Positions 35,443 through 43,300 of a stretch of DNA of 44,712 nt are shown here, piece after piece. Position numbers and translations under genes: made by a program. Positions within the stretch are counted from its first letter, which is position 1. The number at the start of each line of letters is the position of its first letter. The stretch is from Oscillospiraceae bacterium (lineage in GTDB: Bacteria; Bacillota; Clostridia; Oscillospirales; Oscillospiraceae). The stretch is taken from positions 1-44,712 of the forward strand of contig JAIRRO010000117.1 of NCBI GenBank assembly GCA_031255955.1, written 5' to 3'. Below the pieces are notes generated by a model. It searched no databases. It was not told where the DNA came from and saw only the letters and a program-made list of their open reading frames with translations.

Positions 35443-37281
35443 ATGTTCGGAACTTACGAAAAATTTACCTTAGTGCGCGCGCCATACGCGCGGCGCGGCT
35501 CCGTAATATATCTGTATGAGGATTTTGAAAAGCACGGACTCCTGCGTCTCGGCATGCAAAAGTCCGGCGATATGATCTCCGGTACGGATTTCCTGTTTGA
35601 TATCGCCCTGACGAAAAACGGCGCGAGCGTTCCTTATACATACTTCGCCGACGCGGGCAGCCTGCGTCTTACAAGCGGGGACGCCTACGTCGAATTTGCG
35701 ATTACGGACAGACAGCACGTGCGCATCAGAGGCAACGGCGCGGGGGCGCGCCTCACGCTTATTTCCACAAATCCGCCGATACCGGAGCGCACCCCGGGAT
35801 TCGCCCGCGCGCTGCGCGGCATTTATTCTATGCCAAAAGGCGGCGCGGAAGCCGATTTCGGCAAATACGGCAGGGTGTTTATCAATGCGCTGGCGGGCGC
35901 GTTCCATTATGACGCGCCGTACAACGAAAACGGCTATTACAATTCGTTGACATACAACTTTTTGCCGGATGTCCAAACGGGTCGCTTTGACGCCGCCTTG
36001 CACGAATATGACGACGGAGAAATTTATCCCTATGGTCACTATGAGCCCTTCGACCAGCTTGTATCGGACAATCGCACGGACTTCGAGAGCTTTAAGCGCG
36101 GCTATCGCAGCGTCGCCAAGGGCTATGAGGAAACGGCGAATTACGCCATGTGGACCGTTTGGAGTCACCGCGCCGCGCCGCGTTCGTTTATCAAATCCCC
36201 GATAATATTCTTCCATCATCAATGGGCTGTTGTGGCGGCAAGCTGGCAGCAAAGCTATAACGCTATGCCGATGCAAAATAATCTAAAAGAGGCGTGGCGG
36301 CTGATTTGCACAATGTTTGAATATCAGGACGAGCGCACGGGTCGTCTGCCCGGAATGCTGGCGTATACCGGCGTAGCGGCGGGGCTTCAGCCGCCGTTCC
36401 AAGGCTTTGCGCTGGAATTTTTGCTTCGAAACGTCGGGGAGGATATAATCCCGCAGGAGGACTGCGCCAGAATGTTCCCCAAGTTCGCCAAATGGGTGAA
36501 TTATTGGACAACATACCGCTCCGCGGATCTGGGCGCCGCCGCCCCGCGTCCGCAGCCCGCCGTGCAGCCGTCAAGCGACGTCACGGAAATTCAAAGCCCG
36601 CATGAAGCCGGCTGGGACGACGCCTCCAACTTCAAGGACGGCTTCCCCGCCTCTGACCCGAACACAATGGCGTTTCTTGTACTGTTGATGGAATGCACGG
36701 CGAGACTCGCCCGCGGCGCGGGTCTGCGCAAGGAAGCCACCGACTGGATGGACCGCGCGCAGAAGCTTACAAAAATAATTATCGACGATTATTGGGACGG
36801 TGAAAAATTCGTCACCAAGGTAAAGGGCAAGCCTGTTGACGCGATGAGCCTTGCCTGCTATCAGCCTATCATCCTCGGCAAGCGCCTGCCCCGCAAGATA
36901 ATTAACAAGGTCGCCGAGCGGCTTATGGCTCCCGGCGAGTGGCTGACTGAAATCGGACTTGCCTCTGAAAGCATGCGCTCTCCGCTTGTGACGTTCGGCA
37001 TCAGCTTTGTATGCGGGCGCGTTGTCGCGCCGCAGAATATGATCATCTCTGTCGGTTTACAAGCCGCGGGCAAGCAGAAGGAAGCGGAGGAAATCGCGCG
37101 GCGCTACTGCGATCAAGTCAAAAAAGAGGGCATCATCCTCGGCTTCGCCCCGTATGACCACTTCCCGCTTACCGGTGAGCCGGCACCCGACCAACCGCGC
37201 CCGTTCGCGACAGACGGCTGGCCGTGGACCTCGTGGTGCGCCAACAGCTTTATGACGATGGCATCAAGCGTTCTGGCGTAA
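35443..37281 (+). CDS. Putative cytoplasmic (alpha/alpha)6-barrel glycosidase, GH63/MGH1-like (paralog of the preceding gene)
   Basis: Contains SPHEAGWDDASNF (cf. ESGWD/ESGMDNSP motifs), FLVLLMECTARLA and YWDGEKFV. No signal peptide. Confidence 0.5.
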   Translation: MFGTYEKFTLVRAPYARRGSVIYLYEDFEKHGLLRLGMQKSGDMISGTDFLFDIALTKNGASVPYTYFADAGSLRLTSGDAYVEFAITDRQHVRIRGNGAGARLTLISTNPPIPERTPGFARALRGIYSMPKGGAEADFGKYGRVFINALAGAFHYDAPYNENGYYNSLTYNFLPDVQTGRFDAALHEYDDGEIYPYGHYEPFDQLVSDNRTDFESFKRGYRSVAKGYEETANYAMWTVWSHRAAPRSFIKSPIIFFHHQWAVVAASWQQSYNAMPMQNNLKEAWRLICTMFEYQDERTGRLPGMLAYTGVAAGLQPPFQGFALEFLLRNVGEDIIPQEDCARMFPKFAKWVNYWTTYRSADLGAAAPRPQPAVQPSSDVTEIQSPHEAGWDDASNFKDGFPASDPNTMAFLVLLMECTARLARGAGLRKEATDWMDRAQKLTKIIIDDYWDGEKFVTKVKGKPVDAMSLACYQPIILGKRLPRKIINKVAERLMAPGEWLTEIGLASESMRSPLVTFGISFVCGRVVAPQNMIISVGLQAAGKQKEAEEIARRYCDQVKKEGIILGFAPYDHFPLTGEPAPDQPRPFATDGWPWTSWCANSFMTMASSVLA

Positions 37282-37344
37282 ATAATCCCACAGACGCGAG
37301 GAATAATATACTCCGAATATTTCTTTTTTCGGAGTTGGTGCTTT

Positions 37345-39324
37345 TTGAAGGCTGTTATCCTCGCGGGGGGTGAGGGGACGCGTCTGCGGACGGTTACGGG
37401 GAATATGCCGAAGCCGATGGTTCCGATTCTCGGGGAGCCTGTGCTGGTGCACATTCTTCGGCTGCTGCGGAAAAACGGCGTCACGGATGCGTGTCTCGCG
37501 CTGCGGTATATGCCGCGCGTGGTTATTGATTATTTCGGCGATGAGTTTGAAGGCGTATCGCTGACGCACCGCGTGGAGGGTGAGAGGCGCGGCACGGCGG
37601 GCTGCGTTCGCGACTGCGCGGATTTTATCGGCGGGGACGGCGATTTCCTTGTCGTCTCCGGCGATTGCATATGCGATTTCGATTTTCGGGAGCTTATCCG
37701 GTTCCACCGGAGCCGAAAAAGCGAGGTGACAATCGCGCTGCACGCCGTGCCGGAGCCTACGGAATACGGTCTTGTCGTATGCAGTCCGGACGGTAAAATC
37801 GAAAAATTTACGGAAAAGCCCGCGTGGGAGGGCGTTATGACGGATATGGTATCCACCGGCATATATGTCATAACCGCCTCCGCGCTGCGCGAAATTCCCG
37901 AGAGCGGGGAATATGATTTCGGCTGCGATTTATTCCCCGCGCTGCTTGAATCCGGGCGGGCATTATATGCCGTCGCCCCGCGCGGCTATTGGCGCGACAT
38001 CGGCTCCCCCGATTCGTACTACGCTTGCGTGCGTGATGCGGAGGACGGACGCGTGAGGCTGGAAGCCTCGCACAGCGCCGTTTCGCACCGCATCACTGCA
38101 TCCGAGACGTCAAACGAAGGTGCACAGCACGCGACGCCACTGTTCACGGCGCGCGGAGAAATATCCGGCGGGCGTGACGCGCGCCTTGACGCGTCGGTGT
38201 GTTTAAGGCTGGGGCTTGCGGCGGGAGGCTTCGGACTTGTCGGGATATGCTGCGCGGGCGGCGCCGCCGCGCGCGTGGTTTCGCGCCTTATCGCCGACGG
38301 AGTGAACGCCGCGGGCGGGGATGTTATCACTCACGACGCCGAAACGCTCGCCGAGGCGGCGTTTGCCGCGCGGACGCTTGATATCGCGTTGTCCGCCGTT
38401 GTGACGCAGCGCGGCGGGGATATCAAAATCAGCTTTATCGATAAAACAGGCGCCGCGATCGGGCGCGCCGTTGAACGTCGGCTTTTATCCCCACCTCCGG
38501 ACGGCGTTGGCGCGCTGCGCTTTTCAGGGCAAGCGCACTGCGGGGAATCCCGCAGCGTCACCGGCGTCGTGGAGCTTTATATTTCGCACCTCGCGCGTAT
38601 CGCCCGCGTGGAAGCTCCGGACGACGCGGCGCCGCTGCGCGTCGCTGTCGGCGGGGGCGGCTCAGCGGCTCGCGCCCTGCGCGAGGCACTGACGCGCGCG
38701 GGCGGATATGAGCTTGCGGAGGAGGCGCAGGGGTGCGTAATTTTTGAGCCTTCGCCCGACGGAAGGGCATGCTCCGCGCGCGGTGAGCGCGGTGCCCCGC
38801 CGGATTTCGGAGAGCTTTTGGCAATGGCAGCCGCCATACATTTTGAAAGCTCGCGGGGCGCGCTCACGCTGCCGCCGGACGCGCCGGAGGCGATAAACGC
38901 GCTTGCCGCGAAATATAAAGGCGAGCTTATTCGCTCTGACATAAACACCGCCGAATGGAGCCGCGACGGTCTTGTACTCGCGGCGGAGCTGTGCGCGTTT
39001 ATGCGGCGGCGCGGGGTCAGCTTTGATGAGATCAAAGCCTCCATCCCCCGCTTTCGTATATCAGAGCTTGAAATTCCGCTGCGCTCTGACCGCGCCGCCG
39101 TGATGCGCGAGCTGTCCTCAAACGCGGAGGCGGGCGATATGCTGGATTCCGGTCTTGTTTTGCGCGGCGCGGACGGATTCGCGCTCATATCGCCGCGCCG
39201 CGCAACCGACGCCCTGCATATACGCGCGGAAACCCCCGGCGAAGCCAACGCGCGGCAACTGCTGGCGGAGTTGACTCGCCGCATCCGTGAAAGCGAGGAC
39301 CGGGCAATTATAAATAAATTTTAA
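37345..39324 (+). CDS. Sugar-1-phosphate nucleotidyltransferase fused to a degenerate phosphohexomutase (PGM/PMM)-like region
   Basis: The N-terminus MKAVILAGGEGTRLRTVTGNMPKPMVPILG is the NTP-transferase signature. The C-terminal 400 aa follow PMM topology, but AVVTQRGGDIKISF replaces the TASHNP phosphoserine loop. TTG start. Confidence 0.7.
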   Translation: MKAVILAGGEGTRLRTVTGNMPKPMVPILGEPVLVHILRLLRKNGVTDACLALRYMPRVVIDYFGDEFEGVSLTHRVEGERRGTAGCVRDCADFIGGDGDFLVVSGDCICDFDFRELIRFHRSRKSEVTIALHAVPEPTEYGLVVCSPDGKIEKFTEKPAWEGVMTDMVSTGIYVITASALREIPESGEYDFGCDLFPALLESGRALYAVAPRGYWRDIGSPDSYYACVRDAEDGRVRLEASHSAVSHRITASETSNEGAQHATPLFTARGEISGGRDARLDASVCLRLGLAAGGFGLVGICCAGGAAARVVSRLIADGVNAAGGDVITHDAETLAEAAFAARTLDIALSAVVTQRGGDIKISFIDKTGAAIGRAVERRLLSPPPDGVGALRFSGQAHCGESRSVTGVVELYISHLARIARVEAPDDAAPLRVAVGGGGSAARALREALTRAGGYELAEEAQGCVIFEPSPDGRACSARGERGAPPDFGELLAMAAAIHFESSRGALTLPPDAPEAINALAAKYKGELIRSDINTAEWSRDGLVLAAELCAFMRRRGVSFDEIKASIPRFRISELEIPLRSDRAAVMRELSSNAEAGDMLDSGLVLRGADGFALISPRRATDALHIRAETPGEANARQLLAELTRRIRESEDRAIINKF

Positions 39325-39343
39325 TATTTTTTCATTTTTGGTG

Positions 39344-39372
39344 TTGACATCCTGAAAACCCTGTGTTATACT
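39344..39372 (+). promoter_or_regulatory. Strong sigma-A promoter driving the riboswitch leader
   Basis: TTGACA (39344-39349), 17-nt spacer ending TGT, TATACT (39367-39372). Confidence 0.55.
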
Positions 39373-39379
39373 GCGTTTC

Positions 39380-39616
39380 AAGAAGAAGGAAGTCGGCTCC
39401 GTCGGCTCGCGCTTCGTTAAGTGCCGGTGTTGCTGTGTGCGGCGCCCGCACGTAATTAAATGCTGTCGCGTAAGCGATAGGGATTTGCGGTGAGATTCCG
39501 CAACTTTCGAGAAACCGTAATGCCTCAGCCCTCATTTGGGCACGGGGACAAGTCGGGTCGGGGGATGCAAACACGCTCGTTATCGGTTTGCATGTGCAGG
39601 TGCACTGATACTATAT
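39380..39616 (+). promoter_or_regulatory. Probable cobalamin (B12) riboswitch aptamer; exact boundaries uncertain
   Basis: ATAGGGA at 39477-39483. A hairpin ttgcgg-TGAGATT-ccgcaa at 39485-39503 resembles the GGTGAnAnTCC loop. ACCGTAATGCC is at 39514-39524. GCCTCAG-ccc...ggg-CACGGGGA at 39522-39548 resembles GCCACTG...GGGAAG. A B12-box-like AAGTCGGGTCGG starts at 39550. DUF4430 genes lie downstream. Confidence 0.55.
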
Positions 39617-39653
39617 CACCCCCGTAGTCTCGAACTACGGGGGTGTTTTCTGT
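39617..39653 (+). terminator. Rho-independent terminator (riboswitch expression platform)
   Basis: 12-bp stem cacccccgtagt/actacgggggtg with loop ctcga, followed by TTTTCTGT. Confidence 0.75.
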
Positions 39654-39792
39654 ACAGAAAAAAATCCCCGCTGCGCCACGACAGCATAGAAAGGAGGGTC
39701 GCCATTTGCTATGTGTTCGGGCAAATGACCGACAAAAGAGGACGAACGCGGGGTAATGTAATTGGCGCCCACGCGCCGGAAAGGTAATTATT

Positions 39793-40293
39793 ATGAAAAG
39801 CATAAACAAGCGTTTACTGAGCGTGGTATTGACGCTCGCAATGGTGGCAGCCCTGTTCACAGGGTTCGGCGGAGCCGCAACAGCGGTGGAGGACAGCGTA
39901 ACTGTTACTGTTTCGCTGGTGATCTACGGCGAAGAGTTCTTTTTTTATTCTGCCACTTTATCCGATGGCAGTACCATGTACGATCTGGTCAATGAAGTGT
40001 TTGATGATCTTGAACCGACATGGGTAACAGTGCCTGATTTCCAGTATGAAAACGTGACTTACGAAGCCCTTGAATCTCTTTACGGACTCGGAACGGTTTT
40101 CGTCGATTATGTGTATGAAGACGGAAGCTGGTACTATATTTATGACGGATGGATTTTCACGGTCAATGAAATCAGACCAAGTGAGATGCGCCCCGGCGTA
40201 GCCTTTCCTGTACAACTGTATATGGATCAAGTTGAGCTACAGGACGGCGATGAGATAGTGTTGAACTATGACACTTGGTACGAGGAAATGTAG
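39793..40293 (+). CDS. Secreted DUF4430 (transcobalamin beta-domain-like) protein
   Basis: Signal peptide MKSINKRLLSVVLTLAMVAALFTGFGGAATA. The DUF4430 pattern is VTVTVSLV..., DGWIFTVNE, LQDGDEIVLNYD. Confidence 0.7.
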   Translation: MKSINKRLLSVVLTLAMVAALFTGFGGAATAVEDSVTVTVSLVIYGEEFFFYSATLSDGSTMYDLVNEVFDDLEPTWVTVPDFQYENVTYEALESLYGLGTVFVDYVYEDGSWYYIYDGWIFTVNEIRPSEMRPGVAFPVQLYMDQVELQDGDEIVLNYDTWYEEM

Positions 40294-40320
40294 CAACCGA
40301 CGTAATAACCTGCGGTATAT

Positions 40321-40353
40321 AAAGCGGGGCGGTTCACCCGCCTCGCTTTATTA
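40321..40353 (+). terminator. Possible (leaky) terminator between the two DUF4430 genes
   Basis: 12-bp stem aaagcggggcgg/ccgcctcgcttt (one G:U) with loop ttcac, followed by an A/T-rich tail. Confidence 0.45.
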
Positions 40354-40378
40354 TAAATATCAAAATGGAGGTTGTATT

Positions 40379-43300
40379 TTGAAACTATCCAAATCTAACC
40401 CAAAAATGTTCGCATTGCTTTTTGCTATAATTCTGTGTCTGTCACAGCTGCTTGCGATAAATGTACACGTTATTGCCGCGGATGATAATACCGTGCCGAC
40501 GGCAGGCGATGAATATGGCTATATCACGAGTGTTTTTCTCGGTCACCAAAATAGCTCAACCCCGGTGCCGGGATTTGAGTTTGTGCCTGGAAAGACAACA
40601 TACGATGTTGTAATTTCTGATGCATCTGTGAGCGGATACCTTTCGTTTACTTGCATTGACCCAATACCCGAAAACTTTTATTACGATTGTTATCGTGACG
40701 GCAAGGCTCTTGCAAACAGCACCACAAACAAAGCAATATCAAATACTACCACAAGCAACTCCATGTTAACTACAAGCCTAAGAGAATTTCCCATTGGCGA
40801 AACACATGTACTCAGTCTTGTTATCGGTCAAAAGTATGATGGTCAATATGTTAATTCCGCTGTATATAATTTCAACATAACACGCAGTCCATCTGTAAAA
40901 TCAGGTTCATCAGCCTTTAGTATATCTATTCAAAATGAGCAGGGTACAAAAAAGCTTCCGCTGTCTCCGGCAACATCACCGTACACATACGAATATTCTA
41001 CCGTGACCTCCGAGGATAAAATATACATCACGGCTCCGATCAATTCTCCCGGAGTGGATTTTTATCTGCGGGATGAGCTTATCTCCCCCGCCCCGACAAA
41101 TAGGGAAATAACACTTTCCGAATATACAGCTTCTGGCTCTGATATTGCTGTCATTCCTTTTTCTCTAAGATATGAAAATGAAAATCCCGCGCTATCATCG
41201 ACAACCAACTACACCTTGTATGTCAGCAAAATTGATTATGATCCAAAAATCTCCGCGCAACCTTCTCCGTCGTCAACTGTTTCCAAAAACAATTCCTCTT
41301 TTTCTCTCTCCGTCGCGGTAAATACGCCGGAGAAAGGCACACTTAGTTATCAGTGGACATACGGTCCGATGAAGCTCCCCATTCAAGGCGCGACGGAGAG
41401 CACGTATACACCGCCGACAGCATACGCGGGAAGCCGCAATTATTATTGTGTGATTACCAATACTGTGGATGGAATCCAGTTCACTACTACAAGCGCGGGA
41501 GCTACGGTGACGGTTCTCGCTGAGTCGGTATTTCCTCCGGAAATAGTTTCCGGTCCGCCTGACATCGTGACTCTGCCTATTGGTTCTGAGTATGCGGTTC
41601 GCACGACTATAGCGACGCTTGAAAGTGATGCGCTCTTATCTGTCAAGTGGTATAAGAACTCGACACCGTCCACAACGGGAGGTGTTTTTATCGGAGACGC
41701 CTCGCAATCTGCGACAAGCATTTCCAGCACCGCAGACTATTACCAGCGCAAAAGCGTAACTCACAGCTTTACTCTTCCGGCGCAGTACGAAGCTGGTGCT
41801 AATTATTGGTATTTCGAAGCTTCAAGTGTTATTGGAAATAATATAGCTACTGTGACAAGCGATATCATCACCGTGATAATTGAACCGGTTTCAATCGGTT
41901 CACTCCGCGGAACAGGTACTCCCGAGGAGCCGTTTTTCATCGAATCATATGCGGATTTGCTGACAATTCAACGTGCAGTAAACAGCGGCACTACACTTGA
42001 AGGCGTCCATTTGAAGCTAACGAATGATATTTCGCTTGCGTCAGATTGGGTGCCAATAGGCACTGTTAAAAACTCATCGTCGGTTTTCATACCCACGAGC
42101 GCAAGAGATGTCGAAAAAGCCGAATACGGTCATGGCGCAAATATCGACCCGTTTATGGCAATTCTTGACGGCGACGGGCACACGATTACTGTCGCGAACA
42201 ACGGATACCCCTTGCTTGGATTCGTCAGAGAAGCCACGGTTAAGAACTTGAATATATACGGTGAACGCATTAACGGTTCAGGACTGGTATTAAACAGTTT
42301 TGTGGTCTATGGCATTGACGGTACGTACAGCACGGGCGTTCCCGACACTATAACGCTTGATAATGTCAAGCTGCTCTCCGGCTCGTCCACATTACGCAGT
42401 GGATTGATTGAGGGCAGCGGATCAGGCTATAATGGTATCACAATTACGAATTGCATCGTGGAAACCGGTGTGACTGTCGGTTATGACGCTTCGCAAAGCG
42501 ATATTGCTTCTTTTGTCGGCGGTATGAACGGAACCATCCGTAATTGCCTGAGTTATGCCGATGTGAAGGGTGTGAATACCGTTGGCGGAATCATCGCTAA
42601 GAAAATGCAATCCGTGGGATTATGCAGTGTGGATAACTGTGTGTTCCTCGGTACGATAAACGCAAGCGGGCACTCGGTAGGCGGTATAGTTGGCGCGGGA
42701 TATATTGCCGCATCCGCTCCAAATACGCCCACTGTGGCAGTAAAGAATTGTTATGTCGCGGCTGACATCAAGGGTTCGGCGGGCGTAGGCGGCATTATTG
42801 GCAACGAGGGCGGGGTTCGCGGCGCGCTGAACACCAGTTACGTGACTGATAACTTCTTTTACGGTACAATTACATCCGTGGACAATGCTGCGGCTGACGA
42901 TTATTTTCTTGCTTTGGCGAATGTTAAATCAAGCGAAACTTTCGGAGCGATATTCGGCTTCCTGAGAAGTGTGGATGTTGACCGTCAATATATAAGCAAC
43001 AACTACTATCATTTGATTGTTGCTACTGAACTGGATGGCATAGGTAAAATCAGCGATCCGACCTCATTCGACGAATCTGCTGCCTGCATCCAAAAAACCC
43101 CCGATGAATTTGCCGTCGGTACGGTTCTTGCACAGCTCAACAACTCTGAAACAAGCTATAAGAACTGGGTGCAAGGGGAACTGTTCCCTGAGCTTGACTT
43201 TGCTAAAGCCATCATCACAAGCCTCGAGATTTCCGGCAACTATAAAACGCAGTACTACATCGGCGATGTGCTTGATCTGTCGGGAATTGTTATCACGGCA

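Noticed and set aside
32283-36276. Long antisense ORFs 32283..33089 (268 aa) and 35470..36276 (268 aa), and similar ones elsewhere (20139..20882, 38577..39284, 11246..11926, 16078..16794, 1894..2538).
   Set aside because: All lie opposite well-supported genes and show the Arg/Ala/Pro/Ser-rich composition of high-GC shadow frames. None has a convincing RBS or family signature.
37311-37334. Hairpin ctccgaa-N10-ttcggag between the second GH63-like gene and the nucleotidyltransferase gene, considered as a terminator.
   Set aside because: The stem is only 7 bp, the loop is large and AT-rich, and there is no clean U-tract. It overlaps the likely RBS region of the next gene, so it is not called.
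39380-39650. Considered RNase P RNA or SRP RNA, because GAAGGAAGTCGGCTCC (39384-39400) faintly resembles the RNase P GAGGAAAGTCC motif and the SRP GGAAGCAGC motif.
   Set aside because: The match is imperfect and the other universally conserved RNase P and SRP elements are not visible. The RNA ends in a terminator directly upstream of DUF4430 genes, and its central part matches cobalamin-riboswitch core motifs much better.
39536-39995. Track ORFs 39536..39787 (83 aa) and 39762..39995 (77 aa).
   Set aside because: The first spans the riboswitch and terminator. The second is out of frame with, and overlaps, the well-supported signal-peptide ORF 39793..40293. Neither has an RBS or a recognisable protein pattern.
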